A stretch of DNA of 64,000 nucleotides from Mobula hypostoma (Eukaryota): positions 45,820,001 to 45,884,000 of the forward strand of contig NC_086108.1 of NCBI RefSeq assembly GCF_963921235.1. Direction: 5' to 3'. Under the pieces are notes generated by a model. It searched no databases and was not told the DNA's origin. It was given only the letters and a program-made list of their open reading frames with translations. Made by a program: the position numbers and the translations under genes. Of the stretch, positions 49,560 through 61,657 are shown piece by piece (positions within the stretch are counted from its first letter, which is position 1; the number at the start of each line of letters is the position of its first letter).

Positions 49560-51490
49560 AATTGTTGCCAAGTAAAAGGAAGTGTTGATCCCTTGAAGAG
49601 CATTAATATGGATGAGTTCCCCAGCCTTAATGAGATCTTTCCTAGAGGAAAGAGAGGAGATTGCTGAGCCTTGACACAGATCTGTTGATCCTCTTTAGCA
49701 GCAGGCAGTGTACCAGAAGACAGGAGAATAGCCAGTGTTGTTCCTTGGTTTAAAAAATGGCAATATAGTCCATCCAGACAAGGTATAGGCTAATGAACAT
49801 TGCATCATAGTTATTGAGTAGACTTATCCTCAAGTATCTTCTCTACATCCGGAAAAGTGTGAATTTAATCAGGATGATCAGTGAGGCTTTGTGTGGTGAA
49901 ATTATGTATTACAAACGATTGAGTTTCTTGAGGTGATGAGAATGGTTGATGAGGGTAGGGTAGTAGATGTGGATTTTAGTAAAGCATTTGAGAAGATCCC
50001 TGATGCTTGGCTGATCCAGAAGATTAACGCACATGAGATCCATTGTAACTGGATTCCAAGCTAGCTTGACCAAAGAAGACAAAGGTTAGTAGTGAATGGG
50101 GTGTTATTCTGCTGGAGGGCTGTGATTAGTGATGGTTTGCTGGAATCAGTGTTGGGACCTCTGTTGTTTGTGATACAAAAATGATTTGGATAAAAATGTA
50201 GGTGGACTGATTAGTGAGTGTACAGGTGACACAGAATTTTGTTGAGTTGTGAGAAAGGTTGTCAAATGATAAAGGATATAGGTCAGAACATAGAATAGTA
50301 CAGCACAGTACAGGCCCTTCGGCCCACAATGTTGTGCTGACCCTCAAATCCTGCTTCCCATATAACCCCCCACCTTAAATTCCTCCATAAACCTGTCTAG
50401 TAGTCTCTTAGTAGGTCAGTTTGAAATGGCAGTTGGATTTTAATTGGGAAGTGTGAGCTGTTCTGCTTGATGCATAAGAGGAAGGATGTGGGGTCTGAGG
50501 AGAAGGTGAAGAATATATTCACCAGGGTATTGTCTGAATAGTTAGCAATAGGCCTAGCATTGGCCCAGGGGGATACCAGTGGTCATGGGCCTCCAGTCCG
50601 AGAAGCAACCTCCCACCATCACACTCCGCTTTTTACTATCAAGCCAATTAGCCAGCTGTCTGTGGATCCCATGCAGTCTAACTTTCCCTGTGGAACCTTG
50701 TATTAAAAAAACCTTTACTGAAGTCCGTGTAGATCACAGCTATCACCCTGCCCTCATCAACCTTCTTGGTTGCTTAAAAAATTAACAGATCTGTCAGGCT
50801 GGATCACCCCCATGTTAAACCATACTGACTCTCACTAATCAACTCCTGTCTCTCCAAGTGACTGTATAAATTTTTTTTCCCTCAGAATCTCCTCTGGTAA
50901 CTTGTCTACCACAGATGTTAGGCTATTGTTCCAAGATTTTTCTTTGCAGTCCTTTGGCACATTAGTCACTCACCTGTCTTCTGACACATCATTCGTTACT
51001 AATGATGATACAAATATCTCAGCCAGGGCTCCCACAATTTCTTTTCTAGTTTCATGCAGTGTTCTTGGATATACCTATACTTGCTCATCTCTTGGAGATT
51101 TATCTGTCTTTGTTTCAAGACATCCTCAATCCACCTCTGCTGTAATGTAGTCTATCCCCAAGACCCTCCCCCCATTAACTATCTCAAGGTTTCAAGTCTT
51201 CATGAGCATCCCTATGGTAAAGTAAGAGGAGCAATACTCATTGAGGATCACACCACCATCTTCTGTGGCTCCACACACAGTTGTCCACGTTGGTCTTTGA
51301 GGGACCTAGTTTTCTCTCTAGTTGCTCTTTTCCCCATAATATACACAAAATCTCTTTGAATTCCCCTTTTGATCTTCTGCTAAATCTAGCTCTTGCCCTT
51401 GTTCACCCCTCTGATTTGCTCCTTGAGTAGACTCCCGCAGCCCTTGTAATCATCCTGGGAATCATCTGATCGAGCTGCTTATACCTGTTT
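49560..51490. mobile_element. Heavily decayed CR1 fragments in both orientations
   Basis: + strand GGATTTTAGTAAAGCATTTGA (DFSKAF) ~49970; minus-strand fragments from ~50555; short CR1 tail at 50285-50410. Confidence 0.6.
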
Positions 51491-53368
51491 GATCCATCTG
51501 TTCTCCTTCAGTAGATTAAGTTGCCACAGAGGTTGGCATGATGTTGTGGGCCGAAGGGGACTGCACTGATTAAAAAGAGGAAATGGTTCTATAAAACTGA
51601 AGTGAAGCAATGTACTGGTGCTGGACGTCAAACCAAACATTAGCATATTTGTCTATTCGCCATGGACACCGGGAAAGCTTTCGATCCTTTTTCACTAATG
51701 TTGCCTGAGTTGAATATTTCCAGCATTGTTTCCAATCCCAATCAAGCTGTTGCTTTCTTAGCTGACCAAAGCTCTTAATTATCTGCTTTTTCATTTTTTT
51801 TTCTCCTCCTAAAACAATTAGTTTAACATTGTAACAGAATTCCAGTCATCGTGAATGAGTACTGAAAAACACTACGGTTTCAAAATTGCCAAATCATCTT
51901 TCTCAAGTTTTTTTTTCACAACACTACCCTGTTTCGCCAAGCTCCTCTGGCCTAGCCTACTGATTGCCTATCCTCTTTATCTCTGCCTCTTACAAAATGA
52001 ATGTTCTCAAGGCGTTGGATCATTAGTGGGTATCAAAGTTAATTTTCTCTCCAGAGGTAAACTCTTTAGGCATTTAGTGGGCCAGTAAAAAGCAGTTTTC
52101 CCTCTGTCCAAAAGTGCATTTGCCCATTCATGATAAATGGTTTTGTGTCACTGAATGTTGCTGTTCTGCCTGTGGGAGGGTGTTGATGTTTGTCTCCTAT
52201 CTTGTTGGTGATGTGGAATATTTAATGGTGTCATTGTCAGTAATAACGTCCTTCAGTGTTTTGAGGTCCTTGCTACAGGAAGTCCATGTCCCGGAACAGT
52301 GATTAGTGCTATTTGGTTGACCTTTGTGCTGGGTCTTTAAACATTTAACAAAATTGAAGATGGTCCTGATGCCCCAGATGTAATGGTTAATTCCAGATCA
52401 GATTCCGATTCGGATTTATTTATCATATGCGCATCAAAGCATAATAGTGGTTTGCATGAACCGTCAACACAATCTAGAGCTGTGCTGGGGGCAGCCCTTA
52501 AGTGTCACCACACATTCCAGTGCCAACATAACATACCCACAATGCTCAGCAGAACAACACAGAACACAACCATCAACAGAACAGCAACAGCAAAACAAGG
52601 GCCTTTTCTACCTCCCACCCACCCACGCACACAGACAGTCCTCCAAGTCCAAGACAAACTTCCAGTCTCCAGGCTTCAGCCATCAGGCTTTATCTTCGGA
52701 CACTAATGCCTGCCATGTTGCGTCTCCTGAGAAGTGGTCCATGTTTTCCAGCATCTTTTCACGGGCCTTTCATTGCCAAGTGGTGATATATGGCAGGAGC
52801 ACGTTGATGGAGTTTAGTGAGTCTACAACAAGCTGACCTCAGTACGGACTGGTGTCACCATCCCAATATTTTCCTCAGTCTTTCTCGTCCCAGTGCTACT
52901 TCTCACCACCAGGCTTCTTGCAGGGGTGGAGTTAACCTACATGACTGATGGGGAAATTCATCAGTCTATATTGATTTCCACTCCAGAACCAATCATCCTT
53001 CTTCAGTCCGAGTAAAACATGCTTATGAATGTGCACGTTCAGGGCCTAAGGTCAGAGGGATTGGAAACTTGCTCACTGAATCATGTAAGAAAACAAACCA
53101 TCATCAGAGACATAACTCAGCATCCATCTTATATGTTTCGATCCAGCTGTGTTCAACTTCTGCAGAACCGTGTCAACCCACAGATGCTTTGACTTATTCC
53201 CCAAGCTTTGTCACTTTACTCAAGGCTCCATTCCTGTTCTCAAGGAGATGTAAAGGTGCATAAGGGATATCGGAGAACACTTAAGAATAAAATTAGGAGA
53301 GAAAAAAAGAAGCTTGAGATATCATTGGCAGATAAATTAAAGGAGAATCCTAAAAGATTGTATGAGTA

Positions 53369-54281
53369 CAGTTGGCCCTCCTTATCCGCGAGTTCCGCAT
53401 GCGCGAATTCAACCAACCGTGAATCGAGAAAACCCGGAAGTGCTCTTCCAGCACTTGTTGTTCGAGCATGTACAGACGTTTTTTTCCTGTCATTATTCCC
53501 TAAACAATTCAGTATAACAACTATTTTACATAGCATTTACATTGTATTAGGTATTGTAAGTAACCTAGAGATGATTTAAAATATACGGGAGGATATGCGT
53601 AGGTTATCGTGGGTCGGGATCGAAAAAAAACCGTAAGTTCTCTTACTAAGTAAGTCGGAACAGGTACATCCGATATTATTTAGTGTCAGTTAGTCAAACA
53701 TTTGTCTTAGTATATAGTATATATTTTACCTTTCTATGCATATAAAACACTTGAGAAAAGTATGTTTCAACGCCGGGCTCGGGAATGGAAGTTCCGGAAT
53801 TTGATCCAGTGACAGATCGCTCCCGGACACGCTGTCCATCCCTGCCGGGTTGACGTGGAGGATCAAAAACCCAAAACCCAATAATTAAACCACTGCATTG
53901 CTGCGTAATAATTGTAGCTTTAATCGGGCAGGGCCTTCTCATTTTATCCTTTAAAATTGTTCCGATCGTTGACCGACTGTGGCTTAACGATTTTCCGATG
54001 ACTGATGGCGTTTCACCTTTTTCTGATCGCCTTATTATTTCCTCTTTACCTTAAATCGCGATCGTGATTATTTACGTGAACAAAAACACTGCGGATTTAG
54101 AGCTCCGCCACCGGGTCTTAATGCCCAACGCACTGAGACAGGTTAAATAAGGTCCGGGGTTCCGCTGGGTCCTAAGATCCACCGCATTGAGACAGGTTGA
54201 ATAAGGGACTGAGCATCCATGTTTTTTGGTATCCGCGAGGGGTCCCAGAAGCAATCCCTCGCGGGTAAGGATGGCCGACTG
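53369..54281. mobile_element. Tigger-type MITE resembling mammalian MER2/Tigger3
   Basis: TA TSD; TIRs CAGTTGGCCCTCCTTATCCGCGAG / CTCGCGGGTAAGGATGGCCGACTG; internal sequence matches my recollection of MER2; CpG-rich, hence young. Confidence 0.85.
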
Positions 54282-54767
54282 TACTGTATCTTAAGAACAA
54301 CCGGGGGCCAGAATAGGTCCCCCTGAGGATCAGTGTTGATGTATATGCATGGAGTCACAGGAAATGGGGGAAATCTTAAATGAATACTTGTCCGGTTTTA
54401 CTGCCGAGAAACTTGTGGAAGCTAGAAATTCATGGAAGGGAATAATGTGAAAGAGGAAGTAGTGGTTTTGAGGTGAACAAATGTGGATAAATCCCCAAGA
54501 ATTGACAGTGTTACTTGGATGCTCTGGGAAGCAAAGGAAGAAATTACTGTGGTCCTGGCAGAGATTTTTTTATATATATATTCCCTAGCCATAAGGGATG
54601 TACTGGAAGACTGAAAGGTACCTTTACTTAAGGAGGGCTATAAGGACAAGCCTGGCAACTATAGGTCAGTAAGCCTAACGTTAGTGATGGGTAAATTAAT
54701 GGAAGTGATTCTGAGAGACTGCTTGTTTGCATTTGGAAAGTCAAAAGCTGATTAGGCATAGTTAGTA

Positions 54768-54985
54768 ACACACACAAACTGCTGGACGAACTCAGCAGGC
54801 CAAGCAGCATCTATGGAAAAGAATACAGTCAACGTTTCGGGCCACAAGGAGTCCTGCTGAAGGGTCTTGGCCTGAAATGTCAACTGTACTTTTTTTCCAT
54901 AGATACTGCCTGGCCTGCTGAGTTCCTCCAGCATTTTGTGTGTGTTGCTTGGATTTCCAGAATCTGCAGGTTTTCTCTTGGTTTG
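54768..54985 (+). mobile_element. Fold-back mini-element of Penelope termini with hammerhead remnant
   Basis: Inverted arms 54767-54843 / ~54869-54946; 19-bp TSD TGATTAGG(C/T)ATAGT(T/G)AGTA at 54749-54767 and 54986-55004. Confidence 0.88.
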
Positions 54986-55809
54986 TGATTAGGTATAGTG
55001 AGTATGGCTTTATGCATGGGAAATTGTCTCAGGAAATTGAGTTTTTTTTTGAAGAGATGGTCAAGAGGATTGATAACAGGTAGGTAGATGTCTTCTTGGA
55101 CTTCAGCAAAATTTTTGATGAGATACTGCATGATAGAGTGGTCTGGAAGATGAGGTTATAGAGGATCCAGATGAACTGTTCAGTAGGTTACAAAATTGGC
55201 TCAATGTGAGGACTTAGGGTAGTAGTTGGAGGCTGTTTTTTTTTCTCACTGGATCTTATAACTAGTGATTTGCCACAGGAATTTTACGGGGATCAGTGCT
55301 GTTTTTCATATACATTAGTGGTTTAAATGAGATTGTAAATGTAGGTTTGTGGATGATACCAAAATTGGTGGGGTCATGGACAGTGAAGAAGGCAGTCTAA
55401 AGTTACAACATACTCTATATCAACTGGGAAAGTGAGCAAAGGAAAGGCAGATGGAACTTAACTCTGACAAGTCAAGGATAGTATGTACACGGTAAGATTG
55501 CCAGAGGAAGTGGGGGAGGCAGGTAAGATTTCAACAGAACTATAAAAAGGTAGAGCAGTTTAAAATGCCGTATACAGTGGCAAGAACAAAAGGAATATTT
55601 ATGACTCATTGTGGCATACCTTTTGTAGCATTCAATCTCTCCAACTCCACCTTATCAGACATTCCTTTTTGATAGCTCCCCCTCTTCCCCTTTGCAACAT
55701 ATAATCACTTAGTTTCTTAGTTCTAATGAAGGGTCGTGGACCTGAAATGTTAATTGCTTCTCAGCTGCTGTCCATCCTGAGGCGTTTCTGCACTTTGACA
55801 GTGGAAAAA

Positions 55810-56182
55810 AGACCATAAGACTCAAGAAAAGAAATTAGTCCATTCAACCCATCAAGTGCTCTGCCATTCGATCATGGCTGATTTATTTTCTCTCCTCCAT
55901 TCTCCTGCCCTCTCCTGGTAACCTTTGATACCCTTACTAATCAAGAACCTATCTGATGTCTCGGATATATTTTACAGTCATCTACGACAGTGAATTTAAC
56001 AGATTCACTACACTGGCTAAAGAAATTCCTTCTCATCACTGTTCTAAAGGAACATCTGTGTATTCTGAGGGTATGCCCCCTCATCCTAGACTCTCAAAGA
56101 TAGGAACCATCCTCTCCAAATCCACTCTGGATGGGCTTTTCAGTATTCTGTAGGTTTTCATGGGATCCCTGTCATTCTTCTA
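55810..56182 (-). mobile_element. CR1-type LINE 3' tail
   Basis: AGACCATAAGAC..GCCATTCGATCATGGCTGATTT..AGATTCAC..GGCTAAAGAAATTCCT. Confidence 0.8.
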
Positions 56183-56969
56183 AGATTAAAAAAAAGTTCA
56201 AGTTTTTCTTGCATTGTTTTTAAATACTTGCAAACTTGTATCAAGTGATCAAGGTATTTTGGAATTTTTCATCTGATTTTAAATTCTATTTCCGGTTTGA
56301 CTTGGTCAATTGAAAACATTGAATCATAGTCACTGGAACAGGATATTTATCTAAACATTGATCTCTCAGACACTCCCTGTCCCTTAAGAGATTCTTGCAG
56401 CCTGAATCACTGTACCTTTTTGAGCCTTTTTCCTAGAGTATCCAGAAGGTCTTCACGAATGATGTATTATTTTATAAGGGACATGTAGGTTGCCACTAAG
56501 ATGGCAATATGTCACAATCAATATCTTGATTTCTCAGCTTTTTTATATCATCTTTCCTTATTTTCAATTTACCACCTCCAAGTACAAATATGATTGCCTT
56601 AAGAACAGTAAGAATAGCCCATGCAGTTCCTCCAGCCTATGCACGTTCAATAAGATCATTGCTCAATTTTCATATCAGTTTCTTGTCATGCATCACCTGA
56701 TTTCATCAGTGATCAAAAATCTGGGTATATACACTAACTAAGCAGTTTGTGATCCAGATATCAATCTCTGAACTATTTTTTGATATACTGTCTTCCTCCT
56801 TTAAATGATACTAATAATTGCTGACTTACCAATGCCTTTTACAACTGACATAAAACCTCGGTGCATTTGAATTAAATATCTCAAGAATCTAAAGTATTCT
56901 GTTAGCTTTCCTGATATAATTTTCTGACCAAGTATTTGCTCTTGTGAATTGTCCACCTGAAGATTTTTT

Positions 56970-57591
56970 TTGCGGGAGGAGAGAGAGCAGCGCGCTGCGC
57001 GTGCGCAGCCGTCCGGTGAAAAATGATATCGTATCCGTTAAATAGGGGCTGTGGACAATTCTGATTTGATGGAGATGGACATGAAAGCACAGAGGAACAT
57101 CTGGAGAAATTTCTGAAACGCCCGTTCACTGCTGTCGTTACTATGTGGTTGGGAATCTTCTGGAGGGTAGGCCTCAAAATCCCCGGCCTTGCATGCTTTT
57201 GGCGACCGAGATTGAGGTCAAATCGTTCGGACAGAGATGGCGCTCAGTACTAGGTGTCGGAGATCTGATCGGAGGCTCGAAGTTTTCGGATGACTCAGAG
57301 TCGGACTGTGGTTGGGCATGGCAGGGAGAGTTTTTCTTCCTTCTCCCATCTGCATGAGATGTGGGACATTTGAGAGACTTTGAACTTTACTGTGCTCATG
57401 GACTTCTTCATCAAGTTATGGTATTGTTGCACTGTTGTAACTATATGTTATAATTATGTGGTTTTATTAGTTTTTTCAGTCTTGGTCTGTCCTGTGTTTT
57501 GTGATATCACACCGGAGGAAATATTGTATCATTTCTTAATGCATGCATTACTAAATGACAGTAAAAGAGGATTGCGTGTCTTCATAATCTA
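56970..57591 (+). mobile_element. Young non-coding interspersed retroposon-like element (family unassigned)
   Basis: Abrupt CpG-rich start GCAGCGCGCTGCGCGTGCGCAGCC; Rex1-like 3' end TAAATGACAGTAAA; no coding capacity. Confidence 0.5.
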
Positions 57592-57859
57592 AAAATATGT
57601 ATCTCTGCAACTCAAGGGTTTGGCAGTCTCTCATCATTTAGGTTATTTTCTTTTTCCTAGCAAAATGAACTATTTCCCATCTTCCCATGTACTTCAGTTG
57701 TCAGATCTTTACCCACTCACTCAGCCGATATCCCTTTAGCAGCCTCTGTATATTACATTCACAACTTGCTCCTCTGTCCATCTCTATGCCATTAGCAAAG
57801 TTAGCAAGAACATGTCAGTCCTTTCATTCAAATTGTCATCTATATCAGCCATCTGGATG

Positions 57860-58808
57860 ATAATGCAGTTTACTGGATCAGCAAATTTGCAGATGACACC
57901 AAGATTGGTGGTGTAGTGGACAGTGAGGAAGGGTATCATGGGTTGCAATGGGATCTGGATCAGGTGCAAAAATGGGCTGAAAAAGGACAGATAGAATTTG
58001 ATGCAGCCAGGTGTAAGGTGTTGCACATTGGTAGGACCAACCAGGGTAGATCTTACACAGTGAGGGCACTGAGGAATGTTGTAGAACAAAACGATCTGAG
58101 AATCCAGGTCCGGACTTCGTTGAAAGTGGCGTCACAGGGAAATAGAGTTGTAAAGACACTGGCCTTCATAAATCAAAGTATTAAGTACAGAAGATGGGAT
58201 GTTATATTGAAGTTTTATAAGATGTTGGTGAGGACTAATTTGGAGCATTGTGTGCAGTTTTGGTCACCTATCTACAGGAAAGGTGTAAGTAAGGTTGAAA
58301 GAGTGCAGAGAAAATTTATAAGGATGTTGCAGGTTCCGGAGGACCTGAGTTATAAGGAAAAGTTGAATAGGTTAGGACATTATTCCTTGGAACATAGAAG
58401 ACTGAGAAGAGATTTGATATATATGTATATAGATATAGATATATAGATAGATATAAAATAATATTAAAAAATGAAGGGTATAGATAGTGGAAAAAGCTTG
58501 CTTGCATTTACCCTGAGGTTAGGTGGGACTACAAACAGAGGTCATAGGGAGGATAAAAGTGAAAAGTTTAAGGGGAACATGAGAGGAAATTTCTTCACTG
58601 AGAGGGCCATGAGAGTGGAATGAACTGCTAGCACAAGTGGTGCACGGGAGTTTGATTTGAACACTTAAGCAAAGTTTGGATGCGTACATGGATGGTAGGG
58701 GTATGGAGGGCCCAGTACAGGTCGATGGGTGTAGGCAGTTTAAATGGGTTTGGCATAGACTAGATGGGCCAAATGGCCTTTTTCTGTGCTGTACTTTTCT
58801 ATGACTAT
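57860..58808 (+). mobile_element. CR1-type LINE 3' fragment
   Basis: SKFADDTKIGG, KVLHIGRTN, LEHCVQFWSPIYRK; tail TGCTGTACTTTTCTATGACTAT. Confidence 0.9.
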
Positions 58809-59363
58809 ATGATCAAGTGGCAAATTTAAGACAGTTGAGTGGAGCTTAAGCATTGCTGATATTTACCCTGGAGTCAATAAAATGCATGTCATGGTCAGGA
58901 TGTACTTTAATACATTGAAGTTGTGCGTCATATAGCATTGAGAAAAAAAGCTCAATTTATTATTTTCCTTTCTAGATAATTTATTTATAATGTTAAAGGT
59001 CAACAATTATTTAGACTAATGCTTGTAGCAACTTTCCAGGCAGAATCTCCATGCTCTGTCTTCAAACTAGCAAGTGTTTTGATACCTTTCCTGCTTTAGT
59101 CAGATAATTAGGTAGGAAATAAAGATGTTTATTGATAAACCATCCGCTCTCATACAAAGAATTATTCATTATTTTCCTAACAATCCACTGATAACTTAAT
59201 GCAGTGTGTTTGTAATAAAACTTTGTTCTTAATAAGCAACTGATCTACTATGATGTAAAGAAGAAATTATTGATTTGAAGAGAACGTTGCTACATACAGT
59301 CTGTTTTTTATGGTGACAATTGCTTTCTATACCTCTATCGTTATCTGGTTCTGAATGTGGAAA

Positions 59364-59365
<2 letters not shown>

Positions 59366-59401
<36 letters not shown>

Positions 59402-59416
59402 AGAGAGAGAGAGAGA
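59366..59416. repeat. Compound (TG)n(GA)n microsatellite
   Basis: Direct reading. Confidence 0.95.
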
Positions 59417-60079
59417 AATGGAAAGCACTCCCTGTTTTAACTAATTAAGCAGATTACCTGAGGTAGCAGGCCTCTCCCAGCAATTATATGTTTATTTGAC
59501 TCAGCTTTCACAGGGAGGTGCCAGAATATAAGAGAACGAATATGCTGGTAAATGTGTTTTCAGTATTTCTGCTGTTTCATTTAGTTCTTGCATGTGCTCT
59601 TTACACTAGGATCTTTTGTCATTCTGTTTGTCCTTGCTTTGCTGACTAAGGCTGACTAAGCACTTCTCTGGCACTTCTCTCAGGACCACGCTCCCTTCAG
59701 TGCTTCTGTCTTTCACTAGCTCCCATTCTCTGCTGTCATGCTTCCTAGACACTATTCCCTGCCAAAGGGGCCCATGGCCTTGAAAATGTATGTGTGCCAT
59801 ACCACTGCCTGGTTCTGGAGTTCTGTTTGCAAAAACATCTGTTACTTTAACCCATCAGCCCTGGAGGCCATTTCATTTTTCATTCTCAGTTGGAATTTAA
59901 TCTTTCTAACTCATTTCTTATCCTTCATATCCCTTTGGGTGATCTCATTCTCTGACATTTGCAGCACTTTTATCACTGCTTGAGCCTGCAACACTTTCAG
60001 CATAATCTCTCTTGCAAATGGGGTCCCTTCTATTCTCTAGCTGGCAGGGCATGAATCTGTGAACACTTTGCCAAATGTC

Positions 60080-60252
60080 AGGCCGGGCAGCATCTATGAA
60101 AAAGAGTAAACAGCTGCACGTTTTAGGATCTCAGCCCAAAACGTTGACTGTTTCCTCTTTTCCATAGATGCTGTCTGGCCTTCTGACTTTCTCCAGCATT
60201 TTGTGTGCGTTGCTTTGGACTTCCAGCATCTGCAGATGTGCTTGTGTTTGTG
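60080..60252 (+). mobile_element. Fold-back mini-element of Penelope termini
   Basis: Arms AGGCCGGGCAGCATCTATGAAAAAGAGTAAACAG / CTGTTTCCTCTTTTCCATAGATGCTGTCTGGCCT; flanking direct repeat ACTTTGCCAA(..)ATGTC starting at 60065 and 60253. Confidence 0.8.
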
Positions 60253-60705
60253 ACTTTGCCAATTATGTCTCAGTTAGTGTCAATTTGTTTTTTTTTACTC
60301 CTTTTAGCATTATAATTTGCATAATTTACTTAACTCGTGTTTTCAGAGTGGTGATATCCTAATTACAAAACTATTTTCTTGGAAGCTATCTCTTTGTTCA
60401 ACTAGCTTTCCTTGCTTTTCCCTCTTGGTCTTCATTCAAGCTCTTCCTGCTTAATAGACCCTTAGGAGTATTCATTTCTTGATTTGCATATACTTCTGTG
60501 GTTAATTTCTAGGCTACCTTTCATTTAGGTTCTTCTACATGTAGCCATCATCTAGACTGCTCTATTTTATAAGACCTATTAATAGCTGCTAAAGACAGCT
60601 CTGATCACTTTAACTTCCTTACTTTAGTTTACCTCCGCTCCCCTCACCCCACCATCTAGTTGCCCCATCATTCTTCTTTGGAAGCTAAATGAAGGAAGGT
60701 AGTTT

Positions 60706-61023
60706 TGAGGGGTGATTGATAAGTTGGTGGCCTGAGGTAGAAGGAGTCAATTTTATAAAACCTAACACATTTATTTTTCAACATAGTCCCCTCCTACATT
60801 TACACACTTAGTCCAGCGGTCGTGGAGCATACGGATCCCTTCTTTGTAGAAGTTGGTGTCTTGGACCTCCAGAAAGTGGTCCACAGCAGGGTGATTGATA
60901 AGTTCGTGGCCTAGATTAGAAAGAGATCAGTTATTATCTTCACACTTTCTGCATAACCACTCAGAACTGAACTGCACGTGCATGTAACGAGAGCTGTATA
61001 ACTCATCTCCTTCTACCTTAGGC
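60706..61023 (-). mobile_element. Non-autonomous mariner element
   Basis: TIR GAGGGGTGATTGATAAGTT.GTGGCCT.AGGTAGAAGGAG with partial complement CTCCTTCTACCTTAGGC; minus-strand transposase C-terminus FYKEGIRMLHDRWTKCVNVGGDYVEK*. Confidence 0.85.
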
Positions 61024-61102
61024 TCCGACTCCTGTACTCATTGCTCTGATTTATGACGGAAATGTGCCAAAAAGCTCTCTTTACAACCTTGTCTACCTGT
61101 GA

Positions 61103-61657
61103 TGTTGTTCATCCATTGTTGACGTTGATGAGGACCTTGACACCATTATGATGGTGTCGAGACTAGCGCGTGATTTGGATTTAAGTGAGGGAGAGTTGCG
61201 CAGCGTCAGCCTCACTCTCTCTTCCCAATTCCCATCTGGATCCAGTGGCAAGACAGAGTCTAAACGGCTGGAGATGCGACTAGGCGCAGTGAATGACCAG
61301 GACGTCTTCTGTGTCTTGTCCTGCTCTACACGTTCCACGACGCTTGCAGAGACCGCCTTCTTGACCGTTGGACCTTCCATTGGTCTCGTCCGCTCAATCC
61401 GCCGGAGTCTGTCTTCACATGCTGGGATAGACAACTCCCTATCTCACCGAGGGTTTGAGACCCGTTGGCTACCCTCACCTGGTTTAGCCGGCTTGCCGAA
61501 GCCATTGCCTGGGGTGTGGCCGCTGTCGCATGCAAACAGCTACGGGGAGCCACAGGTGAGAGCTGAGTGCCAGGTGGGGACCAAAGGTGGACTAACCGCC
61601 CTGAAAAGGACGCGACATGTTCCCCCACCAGAGGTGCTACCCCTCTCTGACACCCCA
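61103..61657 (-). mobile_element. Non-autonomous RTE-clade retroposon
   Basis: Minus-strand tail ATGGATGAACAAC; 5' part CAGCTCTCACCTGTGGCTCC..GCTGTTTGCATGCGACAGCGGCCACACCCC; related to 11461-11965. Confidence 0.65.

Larger units (their letters stand above)
53230..55520 (+). mobile_element. Decayed CR1 LINE ORF2 hosting two insertions
   Basis: KIRREKKKLEISLADKLKENPK; CCTGGCAACTATAGGTCAGTAAGCCTAAC (PGNYRxVSL); TTTGTGGATGATACCAAAATTGG. Confidence 0.75.
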
